Shown: positions 9,850 to 19,269 of the stretch, one piece after another
Numbering within the stretch: position 1 is the stretch's first letter
Layout: every line of letters begins with the position of its first letter
Virus record (IMG/VR): IMGVR_UViG_3300020183_000012
Location: 64,001 to 128,000 of that record
Reading direction: 5' to 3' (one strand)
Source: a virus
Length of the DNA: 64,000 nt
The notes under the pieces: model-generated
The model's database searches: none
Told to the model about the DNA's origin: nothing
Seen by the model: the letters and a program-made list of their open reading frames with translations, nothing else
Position numbers and translations under genes: made by a program

Positions 9850-10749
9850 ATGTCACCCATTACTGCTGCAATCAACAAGTTCAACGGCGTTTTCGTTCCC
9901 CCGGTCAATGACACCTACTTCATCACCGCAGAGGTTGAGAGTCTTTTCAACCGACTGAACATCCTGTCTAAGAACAAGACACAGAAGGTTCTTCTGCAAG
10001 GCGCACATGGCGCAGGCAAGACTGAGATGGCAATGCAGTACGCAGCCCGTGCGAACAGACCCATGCTCATCATGGACTGCGCGAATCTCAAGGAGCCGCG
10101 TGATTGGTTCGGATACAAGACAATCGTGAACGGAGAGATTGTGTGGCACGAATCTCAGTTCGACCGTGCAATCAGCACGGGTGGTCATGTCATCCTGCTT
10201 GACGAAATCAACCGTGTTCATCCCTCTGTCCTCAACACTCTTATCCCGCTGCTTGACGGTCGTGGATTTACCTACCTTGAGGAAAAGGGAGACTGCATCC
10301 GTGTCGGCAACGAGACTGTGATCTTTGCTACCATGAACGAGGGCGCGGGTTACACGGGTACAAGCGCGACCGACATCGCTCTGCGCGACCGCTTCTCTCG
10401 CATCGTTGAGGTTCAGTATCTTGTGAAGGCAAAGGAGATCGAACTGCTCTGCAAGCGCACGGGCATCAGCAAGTCTGACGCTACTAAGTTGGTGGACATT
10501 GCCAATCAGATTCGCAAGAAGAGCATGGGTGTTGGATCGTCCTTCTCTATGGCTTTCTCAACCCGTCAGTTGATCGCTGTCGCGGAGGACTTCGTTATTG
10601 ACGGCTCTGATTCACTTCAGTTCACCATGACCAATCTGTTCTCTGCCGAAGGTGGGACGAACAGCGAACGAGCCTCCGTGCTTCAGTTGATTCAAGGCAA
10701 GTTCGGCAGCGGCGAGGACGCCGCCAAGAGCAAGATCAAGGGCGAGTGA
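9850..10749 (+). CDS. MoxR/CbbQ-NirQ-NorQ-type AAA+ ATPase
   Basis: GAHGAGKT, ILLDEINR, FATMN, ALRDRF, STRQL. Confidence 0.9.
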   Translation: MSPITAAINKFNGVFVPPVNDTYFITAEVESLFNRLNILSKNKTQKVLLQGAHGAGKTEMAMQYAARANRPMLIMDCANLKEPRDWFGYKTIVNGEIVWHESQFDRAISTGGHVILLDEINRVHPSVLNTLIPLLDGRGFTYLEEKGDCIRVGNETVIFATMNEGAGYTGTSATDIALRDRFSRIVEVQYLVKAKEIELLCKRTGISKSDATKLVDIANQIRKKSMGVGSSFSMAFSTRQLIAVAEDFVIDGSDSLQFTMTNLFSAEGGTNSERASVLQLIQGKFGSGEDAAKSKIKGE

Positions 10750-10793
10750 AAGTTACATCCGCTGAATAAAGTAGTCGCACAAGGAGACTTCCC

Positions 10794-12719
10794 ATGAGCA
10801 AGAGAAACGACAAAGAAGGTCAATCCGAAAGCGGTTGGTGGTTTGACCGCTACGACTACGATTACCGTGATTACTCGTATAGCCGCGAGAGTGGTTCCCG
10901 TGGTTGGATGAGCAAACTCGGTGGCTACGATGACTGCGGCTATTCGGGATGGTACGGTTATCAAAAGGATGATCCGAAGCGGGTCTTTCAGAATCTACTC
11001 AATCAGTTGCAGAACAGCGCGAACATCATCGGTGATAACGATGATGGTGTCCTCAAGGTAAAGTGGTCGAATGGCGAGAATTGCAATGACACGACAGGTG
11101 TTGTCTACCTGTCTCCCGACAACCTCACCAACCAAGAAGGATGTGTCGAAGAAGAGACTGTTGATGCCATGACGGGCAAGGTCTACCTCGCATCAGCCAT
11201 GCGCGATACGGTCGATGAAGATTCGTACCGTGCTGCTCAAGTTGCCCGTGATATGTCGGCAAAAAGCCATATTCATCGTGGTGCTGTGAAGATTTGGGAA
11301 GCAATCGAAACCTCCATCGCCCGTCACAAGGTGATTGGGGATTGGGTTGGGTTTGCTCCCTATATCTGCAAGGATTCGGAACGCTCCTCTGCGACAAAGG
11401 ATGACATTCAGAAGTTCATTGATGCCTCTTCTGAAAATCCAAACATTGATGCTGCGGTATTGGCTATCTCTTGGAATCTCTTGAACCCAAGTGACCGCAT
11501 CAGGATTCCCGACTGCTATGACTCCTGTGTTGATGCCGCAGCAGAAATCCTAAGCGAGGAGATCAAGTCGAAGGATCGTTTCCGTACCGCGTTCTCTCTG
11601 TCATCGAAGATCGCGTCTATGCTCCCTAGTCCTCCGAAGGAAGAGGACAGCAGCGAAAGTGGGGTCGATAGCAAGGATGACGATGATGGTTGCAACTGTG
11701 CGGAATGTCGCAAGAGGAGAGCAGAAGCAAAGAAGAAGGGAAGCAAGAGTAAGGATCATACCCCGAAGGTATTGGATAGTTCTCTTCTTGGTGATCGCGT
11801 GACAAACAATACCGATGAAAGTCTCGCCAATCAAGAGGGCGAGAGCGATGATGAATCCGATACCGACAAGAGAGTTGACATTCAGTTGGACGGCGATGAT
11901 GATTTCTCAAGACAACATGAGTTCTTGATTGCGAAAGAGGGCAACAAGAGTCAGTTTGATTCCATACTGAAGAAGCACTCGTCTGCCATTCGTGCGATTC
12001 GCAACGGTCTTTCGTTCCGCAACAACTCCATGAAGATGCCCTCGTATGGTCATCGTTCAGGGGATATTGACGAGAACGCTCTGTTCAAGATCAAGATGAA
12101 TGATGACAGGATCATGCTTCGCAGCGAAACCATCTCTGAAAAGAGCATCGCCGTGTGCCTTCTCGTTGACGAGAGTGGTTCAATGGGTGGCGACAGAGTT
12201 CGCAATGCGCGTGATGTCGCAATCACTCTTGCCTCTGCATTGGGTGGCGTTGGTGGGATTACCACTTCTGTTTATGGTCACACAGCAGAGGAGAATGTTT
12301 CGGGTTGTACCATCAGAGAGTATTTCACTCCTCGCAATCCGAATCTCTCATCCTGCATGGGAATGTTGGGTCGCATGGAAAACCACGATGGATTTGCGAT
12401 TCAGCACACCGCCAATGCGTTTTACCGCGACTATGGAACCTATGATCGCAAGATCATGTTCGTCATCTCTGATGGTCAACCCGCAGGGAGTAACTATGGC
12501 GGATCGACAGCCCGTAAGCACATGAAGAAGGTTGCCGATGCCTGTCGCAGAAAACTTGGCGTGGAGGTCTACGGCATCGGCATTGACAAAGCATACGAGA
12601 ACAGGCATGGCAATGAAATGTATGGTCAGGACAACTTCGTGGTCTTGGAAGATGTTTCCTCGTCACTCCCGATCATGTCTCGCTTCATCCGTCAGATTGC
12701 GATGTCAATGAAGAAGTGA
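10794..12719 (+). CDS. vWA (MIDAS) domain protein, CobT/NorD-like partner of the AAA ATPase
   Basis: LLVDESGSM, FVISDGQP, VYGIGI; acidic linker. Confidence 0.85.
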   Translation: MSKRNDKEGQSESGWWFDRYDYDYRDYSYSRESGSRGWMSKLGGYDDCGYSGWYGYQKDDPKRVFQNLLNQLQNSANIIGDNDDGVLKVKWSNGENCNDTTGVVYLSPDNLTNQEGCVEEETVDAMTGKVYLASAMRDTVDEDSYRAAQVARDMSAKSHIHRGAVKIWEAIETSIARHKVIGDWVGFAPYICKDSERSSATKDDIQKFIDASSENPNIDAAVLAISWNLLNPSDRIRIPDCYDSCVDAAAEILSEEIKSKDRFRTAFSLSSKIASMLPSPPKEEDSSESGVDSKDDDDGCNCAECRKRRAEAKKKGSKSKDHTPKVLDSSLLGDRVTNNTDESLANQEGESDDESDTDKRVDIQLDGDDDFSRQHEFLIAKEGNKSQFDSILKKHSSAIRAIRNGLSFRNNSMKMPSYGHRSGDIDENALFKIKMNDDRIMLRSETISEKSIAVCLLVDESGSMGGDRVRNARDVAITLASALGGVGGITTSVYGHTAEENVSGCTIREYFTPRNPNLSSCMGMLGRMENHDGFAIQHTANAFYRDYGTYDRKIMFVISDGQPAGSNYGGSTARKHMKKVADACRRKLGVEVYGIGIDKAYENRHGNEMYGQDNFVVLEDVSSSLPIMSRFIRQIAMSMKK

Positions 12720-12832
12720 AAAATACAAAAATCTTGGAAGGATAATTAACCGTATGTCGATAAACATAATCCACATCGGCAGACCCAACCTTACCGTAAT
12801 TCAAATAATCGGTATAAATGGGAATCATGGTA

Positions 12833-12861
12833 GTCCCCCATCCTCACGGGTGGGGGATTTT
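12833..12861 (+). terminator. hairpin/terminator
   Basis: TCCCCCATCC-TCAC-GGGTGGGGGA-TTTT. Confidence 0.65.
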
Positions 12862-12913
12862 ACATCCGGGAAATAAAATAGTGGTGTCCGAATGCATCTG
12901 TCAGCCGTATCAT

Positions 12914-12946
12914 AAAAAAAGAAAGGGGCGGGTCGAAACCCACCCC
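12914..12946 (-). terminator. intrinsic terminator of the minus-strand small ORF
   Basis: reverse strand GGGGTGGGT-TTCG-ACCCGCCCC-TTTCTTTTTT. Confidence 0.8.
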
Positions 12947-12972
12947 AATCTCCACAAGAATGAAATAACTAA

Positions 12973-13104
12973 TCAAACCTTCTTGTTCCAAGGGAAAAAC
13001 TTATTGACCCACGCCCAAAGGGGTGCGCCAATCAAGGCTCCTGCAACGAACACGACAACGCTGTAGAAAACCGTACCAAGCGTACTATTAAGAATCTCCT
13101 GCAT
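12973..13104 (-). CDS. 43-aa single-pass membrane protein (not in ORF track)
   Basis: MQEILNSTLGTVFYSVVVFVAGALIGAPLWAWVNKFFPWNKKV; perfect AAGGAGGT SD; own terminator. Confidence 0.85.
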   Translation of the reverse strand: MQEILNSTLGTVFYSVVVFVAGALIGAPLWAWVNKFFPWNKKV

Positions 13105-13306
13105 AGTTACCTCCTTAAAAAAGATTAATGGTATTTCGACCAAATGGACAACTTTCCTCTTTATCTGCGTCAGTTGGAAAGGGTCATGGAATGGTGGATA
13201 AGTACCGTGCCAACTTGGATGCAGCCCAAGTGGTTTTGGGACTTTTATTACTATCTCATCGACTAAGACGAGTCAAAGTTGCATCAGATGAATAAAGTAA
13301 CTTTGG

Positions 13307-13921
13307 ATGACACCCATGAGCGAAGAAAAATCACAGTCCATTTCCCTGTGGCTCGTCAATGAGAACGCTTGGGAATACAATGACGAATATCACTATCCGA
13401 CTGAGGGCTATCATACTTTTGGAATCTTTTCTGATTCTGAAGTCGCTCAGAAAGTCGTGAATGAAATTAACCTTCGCTATTGGAGCAAAGGAGTTGGAGA
13501 CTTCATCAGCGTAGACCACGAAGAGGAGTTTAAGACTTTTTGCGAAAAGCGTTCCATCGTTTGCGATGAAGATAGCGGAAATACTTGGAATGACTTTATT
13601 GAAGGATCAGCGACAAACATGACGGAAACTGATATTTTATCTTTTCTGTCTAGGATTGGATTGTCATTTGCTCATGTTGGTCAGCAAGTAACTCAAGTTT
13701 GCTTGAGTGAAACGGAAATCAACGGAGGCTTCTGTGCTACGCTTGGGGGTGGCATGGAGAGCGTAGTTCGTGACGCTATGAAAGGTCGTCCCAAGTCTGA
13801 TATCGTCAAAATCGGGAAGATTGCAGTTGGTGCTTGCAAGTGTGACGGATGCGGCTACATTAACCCTGCGGGGGTTGCTACTTGCCGCCTGTGTAATCGT
13901 GAAATCGAAAAAGAAGGATAA
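13307..13921 (+). CDS. hypothetical protein with C-terminal zinc ribbon
   Basis: CDGC...CRLC at the C-terminus. Confidence 0.7.
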   Translation: MTPMSEEKSQSISLWLVNENAWEYNDEYHYPTEGYHTFGIFSDSEVAQKVVNEINLRYWSKGVGDFISVDHEEEFKTFCEKRSIVCDEDSGNTWNDFIEGSATNMTETDILSFLSRIGLSFAHVGQQVTQVCLSETEINGGFCATLGGGMESVVRDAMKGRPKSDIVKIGKIAVGACKCDGCGYINPAGVATCRLCNREIEKEG

Positions 13922-13924
13922 CAA

Positions 13925-14758
13925 ATGTCTATTGACAAGAACATCAACTCTCACTTTGACGGCATCAACAAGGATACTGCCGAAGTAATCAACGATGCGA
14001 TCAACGCTCCCGCCCCTACCGCAATGTGCGGCATCATTGGTTTCGACAATCTTGAGTGGGGAGAGAAGGCAAAGGCTCTTGCTGATGCGGTCAGCAATGA
14101 AGATGACTTTGACTTATGTGATCTTATTGATGACATCAAGAAGGATTGCATCCATCAGATCAAGGGTCAGAAAGATGAAGGCGAACAGTTTGAGTTCGTT
14201 CAGGCAATCGTTTTTGACAAGTTCCTAGCGGTCATCAAGCCGATGCAGTTCCGTGACAGCGATGACAAGGACATTTTCATGGAGGCTGTCGGGGTCATCG
14301 TTGAGAAGATCAAGGAGGACTTCGATGCGAAGCCGATCTTCACTTTCTCATACGGAGAGGCGTGGACTTGTGCGCTTCGCAAGACTTTCGCCGTTCGTCT
14401 TGGCAAGGCTGCGGACAATAGAGATACAATCAATCGTCTTGTGAAGTCAACTGTTGATGAGTTTGGTGGCATTGGTGCTATCCCTGAGAACCATCCCGCG
14501 CTCAAGCGTTTCGACATTATGATGTTCCTGTCGCAGTTCAACACGCAAAAAGGGTACGCATCAATCATCAGCACAGTCCCTATGGATGATTCTGTCATAG
14601 ACGAACTGCACGAAGGACATCGTGCGATCCCACGGGCGCACTTGGTTGAGTCTGATGACTACGGCAAGATTGAAGGTCGAATGGTGATCGACACAGGGGG
14701 CTACGAGAAGATCAAGTTCGACATTTCCAAGTTCGATGGCGAACACACGGATATGTAA
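13925..14758 (+). CDS. hypothetical protein
   Basis: 277-aa ORF, SD AAGGA. Confidence 0.75.
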   Translation: MSIDKNINSHFDGINKDTAEVINDAINAPAPTAMCGIIGFDNLEWGEKAKALADAVSNEDDFDLCDLIDDIKKDCIHQIKGQKDEGEQFEFVQAIVFDKFLAVIKPMQFRDSDDKDIFMEAVGVIVEKIKEDFDAKPIFTFSYGEAWTCALRKTFAVRLGKAADNRDTINRLVKSTVDEFGGIGAIPENHPALKRFDIMMFLSQFNTQKGYASIISTVPMDDSVIDELHEGHRAIPRAHLVESDDYGKIEGRMVIDTGGYEKIKFDISKFDGEHTDM

Positions 14759-15039
14759 TGAGACTCAAGATCAGCGAAACATTGTTCAAGGATGTATGCA
14801 AGAGTTCTGTCCTCAAGGGACATGGCAGAGTCATTGACCTTGATAGGGTTCGCCAATCTAAGGCTCATGCCTTCCGCGCTCAAATAATTCAACTAAACAG
14901 GATCAAGACATCTTTCGGTGAGACAAACAGATGCTTGGTTATTTTCTATGTTGACAGAGCATCAAGCGTCAAAGAGTTCATAGACATTGATGATGAGTTG
15001 ATGAAGGAGATTGTCGTTGAGCAAGACTCTGTTTGCTGA
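14758..15039 (+). CDS. hypothetical protein
   Basis: TAATG translational coupling. Confidence 0.65.
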   Translation: MRLKISETLFKDVCKSSVLKGHGRVIDLDRVRQSKAHAFRAQIIQLNRIKTSFGETNRCLVIFYVDRASSVKEFIDIDDELMKEIVVEQDSVC

Positions 15040-15280
15040 CGGGTTTGAGGATTGCGTGATTGGTTATTTCCGCAGATGCGGGCAACCAACGGTCATAGCC
15101 TATGATGCAGATAAGTGCATTCAGAAGATGGTCGCCCGTGATGGAATGACCGAAGAAGAAGCAATTGAGTATTTTGAGTTCAATGTGACAGGTGCTTGGG
15201 TTGGCGAAGGCACTCCTGCCTTCGTCTACAAAGTTACATCCCGTGAACTAAATAATATGGCAAAGGAAGGTTTTCTATGA
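15011..15280 (+). CDS. conserved phage hypothetical protein
   Basis: ADGFEDCVIG...YD..KC...DGMTEEEAIEYFEFNV.GAWVGEGTP pattern, recognised as a common phage family. Confidence 0.75.
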   Translation: MSLSKTLFADGFEDCVIGYFRRCGQPTVIAYDADKCIQKMVARDGMTEEEAIEYFEFNVTGAWVGEGTPAFVYKVTSRELNNMAKEGFL

Positions 15281-16074
15281 ATAAGCAAAAGAAGAAGTGG
15301 AGCGTCATCAACAACAAAAAAATCAATGACAAGGAATCATTGATTGAAACGGAAATCGTTTTCTCCAACGATGATGCAACCGAGGTGGTGACATTCGGTT
15401 TCATTCCTTATAGTAAGCATCCCTTGTTCTCAGGTGGACTTATGTCTGTTCCCGACTTTGAAAACATGAGGACAACTGACAGACTTGATGCCCGTAGGAC
15501 ATTCGCTGCAACCTACCACAAGTTTGAGTTCACCACATACTGCACGAAGAACTCCAAGCGCGATAAGATGTATGATTGCGTCAACATCATCACGGAGAAC
15601 GGAGTTTGGTGGGGCATGGTCAGCAACACCAAGAATACGAGCGGAGTCGATTCAAACGGACTCATCAGCGCATCGAACTTTATTCTTGAGGAAGTTGAGG
15701 ACGAGGACAGCGACAATCCTTTTTGTGTGATCTATAGTGGTCCTCTTGTTCGTGCAAACGAAGATAAGGACATCAAAAGAATGAAGATTATCTCTGACGA
15801 GTTTGGTGGAGTTCACAACATTCCGCACGACCATCCTTTTTTCTTGACCCGTCAGAGGGTTGCTTCAATCGCCTTTTTCCGTTCGGGAGACAAGGGCAAG
15901 GCTGTGATTGCAAGTATCAAAAAGTCCGAACTGAGTAAATTTTGTTCTAACAAGCCCGATCTAGCATCTTCCGTATCGCCTTCTATTGCTCTTGAAAATA
16001 CCGAGGAAGGAGATGAAAGTTGGATTTCGCATCCAGTATTGAGCATCAAGAGACTTGCTATGGTGAGTCGGTGA
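15277..16074 (+). CDS. hypothetical protein (distant paralog of 13925-14758)
   Basis: shared DEFGG..IP..HP motif. Confidence 0.7.
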   Translation: MNKQKKKWSVINNKKINDKESLIETEIVFSNDDATEVVTFGFIPYSKHPLFSGGLMSVPDFENMRTTDRLDARRTFAATYHKFEFTTYCTKNSKRDKMYDCVNIITENGVWWGMVSNTKNTSGVDSNGLISASNFILEEVEDEDSDNPFCVIYSGPLVRANEDKDIKRMKIISDEFGGVHNIPHDHPFFLTRQRVASIAFFRSGDKGKAVIASIKKSELSKFCSNKPDLASSVSPSIALENTEEGDESWISHPVLSIKRLAMVSR

Positions 16075-16206
16075 TCTACATGGTCCCGATGTTCCAAACG
16101 CCAAAATCACAACAACTTCTTTGGTTGCGAAGAAAAATCGCCCTTCAGAGGCTTCGGGAAAGTGTCGAGAAAGAAGAAGGCACTATTCGGCTGAAGGAAA
16201 TAATTA

Positions 16207-16512
16207 ATGAAGAATCAGAACAGAGATAAACTGATTGAGCATTTCTTCTTCAAAGGCGGATATGTCACCGTTGCCTTAGACTATTACGGCAATCGGTATG
16301 TGAGGGTTTGTATCAACGAGGCAGAGGATGAAAGTCTCTGCCCTGAACCTGAGTTTAACATTGACGCTTGGAGATATGCTTGGCGTTCGGTTTCTGTTAG
16401 CGTCAACACTCTGATGAACAGCACCGATTGTATCCTTACCGATAAAACAAAATCGGCAATCGAACAGATCAGAGAAAGAACACTTAATCAGTTTGTTCGT
16501 TCTTGTTCTTGA
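16207..16512 (+). CDS. hypothetical protein
   Basis: AAGGA SD. Confidence 0.6.
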   Translation: MKNQNRDKLIEHFFFKGGYVTVALDYYGNRYVRVCINEAEDESLCPEPEFNIDAWRYAWRSVSVSVNTLMNSTDCILTDKTKSAIEQIRERTLNQFVRSCS

Positions 16513-16626
16513 ATGTCACTCCATGTATATGGAGTAGATAGAGAGACAACCGGATATTCGGTTCTGCCCCACCGAAAGCGAGATACATCCTCTTCCAATT
16601 TTTCATCCGGGGAATAAGATAGAGGC

Positions 16627-17178
16627 ATGGATACCTCCTCCGTTGACAATCCCAAAGCACATGAAGTGATTGGTCAAGACCTAGATTCTCGTCCGCGTGG
16701 CAGACCCGCTAAAGTCAGGTTTGAACCCGGAGAGATCGCTGAAGGCAAGATCATCACCGCAGAGATCATCTCCCGCGTTACGGGAGTTCCGACTGATTGC
16801 ATCGGAACTGACCGCTGGAGCATCGCTCGTGTGAAGTGTCGTGGTTATATCAAGACGGCTTTCAAGAGAGATTTCGGTCACGCCTGTTTCGTCAAGAACA
16901 GCGGTTCGGGTCTTGTTCCTGTTCGTGCAGTCGATACGCTGCGCGAGAGCGACAGGCGTTACCGCGAATCCATGCGAGACATCCGAGATAACGCGAGGGT
17001 GTGCTTGGAGACTGCGGCTCATAGCAACTCCATCAATCAGGCTGACAGGTCTAGTCTTACGAGTCGTGGTGCAGCCCTTGCTGCTATCGCATCATCGGTT
17101 GAGGCCCGTGAACTGAGCAAAAGACTGTGGATGGGCAAACGCGCTTTTGAAAAGCGAGATATTGCATCGGGTGAATAA
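16627..17178 (+). CDS. hypothetical basic protein, possible DNA-binding
   Basis: ATG 7 nt after the -10-like box (leaderless); RGRP motif; stop lies inside the next promoter motif. Confidence 0.7.
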   Translation: MDTSSVDNPKAHEVIGQDLDSRPRGRPAKVRFEPGEIAEGKIITAEIISRVTGVPTDCIGTDRWSIARVKCRGYIKTAFKRDFGHACFVKNSGSGLVPVRAVDTLRESDRRYRESMRDIRDNARVCLETAAHSNSINQADRSSLTSRGAALAAIASSVEARELSKRLWMGKRAFEKRDIASGE

Positions 17179-17204
17179 ACTAAACCTGAAAGGAATAATG
17201 CCCA

Positions 17205-17660
17205 ATGGACGAGCATGAAAACTGCAAATGTGCATACTGTAGTGCGCCTGACAAGGCGGCGGAATGGGAAGCAAAGGCACTCATGGAATATGGGTTCTTT
17301 ATGCACTATGTTACGGACCATGACCCGCAGAGTCCGAGCGGATTCAATTGCCATACTCACGGTCTTGACCTGATCGGAGGATTTGATCTTCAGATCACCC
17401 TTCCACTCAAGCCTGAGATCGCTTCTTCTATTTTCCATGATCTTGCCGCAAGAACGAAAAGTGGTCGCAAGTTCTCCGATGGAGAGATTCTTGACGATGT
17501 TCTGTCAGGCGGATACAAGTGCAGGTTGGTCTTGGCAGAGGAATGTGAACGGCCTGTACTGAGGATCATTCTGCCCGACCCGAAGGGCAGAATTATGCCA
17601 AATGACATGGACAAGGCATACCGAGATGCACAGTATAAGGATATTTCATCCCGGGAATAA
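17205..17660 (+). CDS. DUF4262-like protein
   Basis: YGFFMHYV...FNCHTHGL...VLRIILPDPKGR pattern. Confidence 0.6.
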   Translation: MDEHENCKCAYCSAPDKAAEWEAKALMEYGFFMHYVTDHDPQSPSGFNCHTHGLDLIGGFDLQITLPLKPEIASSIFHDLAARTKSGRKFSDGEILDDVLSGGYKCRLVLAEECERPVLRIILPDPKGRIMPNDMDKAYRDAQYKDISSRE

Positions 17661-17672
17661 AATAATAGTGCC

Positions 17673-18347
17673 ATGCACGCAACATATGCATTCCTGATCT
17701 CCGTGCCAAGTTGTTTCTCTCTTAAGGGAAAGGCAGAACACGCAGCAAAAGTCTTTGAAAACGACTATGCATCATCCAGTCACATGGATGAAAACAACTG
17801 GTACGAGATTTGCGGAATCATTTCTGAAGATGGCGAATCTTTCAACTTGCTTGATGGCAAGGAAGATTACAGGGGTCGTGATTCCATCATTTCAAAGTTC
17901 ATCAAGTCTAGTCCCGAGGAGACTTGGAACGGGCTAATTGATTTCAGTCACGAAACTGTCAAAGGTGAACTTATTTGGAAATTAGGTCTTTACAAGAAGG
18001 ATGGGACAGTAGGAAACCCTCCACCAATATGCAAGAAGGATTTGGCTGCTTATTTGGACGCACACATTGTTGAAACGATCCAGTCAAACAAAGTTTGGTG
18101 GATGGATGGTGTGGACATAGAGACAAAATCAAATGGAGATGAAGAGGTAGCCAAAATGCTTCAAGAGGAGGTTTCAAATCACATCCACAGGACAAGACTT
18201 ATAAGAGATTGCATTCTTTCTTCCCGGTTTGGGTTGTTCAGTCGTACAATGGCTACGCCATATGACTACCGCTGCTTCGACCTTCGTGATGCTGCCGAGA
18301 CTGAAGAGACACAAGATGTTGTCCTTTTGGTGGACATTCACACCTAA
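17673..18347 (+). CDS. hypothetical protein
   Basis: ORF behind promoter motif; ends LLVDIHT. Confidence 0.7.
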   Translation: MHATYAFLISVPSCFSLKGKAEHAAKVFENDYASSSHMDENNWYEICGIISEDGESFNLLDGKEDYRGRDSIISKFIKSSPEETWNGLIDFSHETVKGELIWKLGLYKKDGTVGNPPPICKKDLAAYLDAHIVETIQSNKVWWMDGVDIETKSNGDEEVAKMLQEEVSNHIHRTRLIRDCILSSRFGLFSRTMATPYDYRCFDLRDAAETEETQDVVLLVDIHT

Positions 18348-18380
18348 ATGTCGAAAACAGAAATGACTGATTGAGCAAAA

Positions 18381-18455
18381 GGCTCTGTCGTCTAGTCTGG
18401 CTCAGGACTCAGCCCTTTCAAGGCTGCTACACGGGTTCGAATCCCGTCAGAGTCA
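18381..18455 (+). tRNA. tRNA-Glu(TTC)
   Basis: acceptor GGCTCTG/CAGAGTC, anticodon 18417-18419; no CCA. Confidence 0.95.
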
Positions 18456-18466
18456 CTCATAAAAAC

Positions 18467-18539
18467 GCCCTCATAGCTCAGTTGGTAGAGCAACCGGCTT
18501 TTAACCGGTTGGTCGTAGGTTCGAACCCTACTGAGGGCA
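18467..18539 (+). tRNA. tRNA-Lys(TTT)
   Basis: acceptor GCCCTCA/TGAGGGC, anticodon 18500-18502; no CCA. Confidence 0.95.
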
Positions 18540-18542
18540 TTT

Positions 18543-18665
18543 GGAGATGTGTAACACCGATGTCGGAGTCGGTGTTCCGAACAAGCGTCTAAGGGTACTC
18601 AGGCGAAGTACGGCAAGCCTTGAACTTGCACGGCTAACACCGAGTCTTAAATCTCTTGCATTTCC
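18543..18665 (+). ncRNA. candidate structured RNA after tRNA-Lys
   Basis: nested inverted repeats GGAGATGT/GCATTTCC, TCGGTGTT/AACACCGA, CAAG/CTTG, GTACT/AGTAC. Confidence 0.35.
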
Positions 18666-18733
18666 TCAAGTTTTACAAAGGATTTTTTCTTTTCATATAG
18701 AAATGCTTAGTTCTATGTGTTTGAAGGATTGTC

Positions 18734-19030
18734 ATGTCAAGAAAGAACAGATCATACATTTTGGTAGTTCGCTGCACCGTAGACGCGGTGGAATCTGTGC
18801 TTTCTGCGGAAAAAAGGTGTCCTTTTATTAGCAATCAGGTGGATTCCCGATATGCTTCGTCGTGGGGAAGTCAATACGAAATTGTTTATTCATGCAAACT
18901 AAAAAAAGACGCCTTTGCAATCAAGAGATGGTGGCTTGAAAATGGGCAACTGGACAATCCTGAGTTTTCAATAAATCAGTCATGCTCCACATATTCTACA
19001 ACCCGTCAAACGATTCTTTTAGGGTACTGA
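18734..19030 (+). CDS. hypothetical protein
   Basis: AAGGA SD, 98 aa. Confidence 0.5.
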   Translation: MSRKNRSYILVVRCTVDAVESVLSAEKRCPFISNQVDSRYASSWGSQYEIVYSCKLKKDAFAIKRWWLENGQLDNPEFSINQSCSTYSTTRQTILLGY

Positions 19031-19191
19031 AATACGACTACGAAGTAAGGGACTTCATCAATCGCCCAATTTACTCAGGCGGTCAATGGAAATACATTCA
19101 ACTAAGTCCCGATGACTGCATCGCAAAGTTGATGCAATTCGTCAGAGATGAAACACCGAGCGATGAGTACCGCTCTGACGAACTTATTTGA
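18982..19191 (+). CDS. hypothetical protein
   Basis: 69-aa ORF. Confidence 0.45.
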   Translation: MLHIFYNPSNDSFRVLKYDYEVRDFINRPIYSGGQWKYIQLSPDDCIAKLMQFVRDETPSDEYRSDELI

Positions 19192-19197
19192 CACAAC

Positions 19198-19242
19198 AGG
19201 GTCAGTTTAGGTTGGTTGAGGCTTGTTTAGATAAGGTATGAT
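19198..19242 (+). repeat. 5-nt periodic NN-GNY tract (9 units)
   Basis: ag-GGT ca-GTT ta-GGT tg-GTT ga-GGC tt-GTT ta-GAT aa-GGT at-GAT. Confidence 0.75.
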
Positions 19243-19269
19243 TTTTCATCGGGTGAATAAACTAATGGC

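Noticed and set aside
16513-16600. Additional pentamer tract upstream of the 16627 gene
   Set aside because: No period-5 register on either strand; only two small hairpins.
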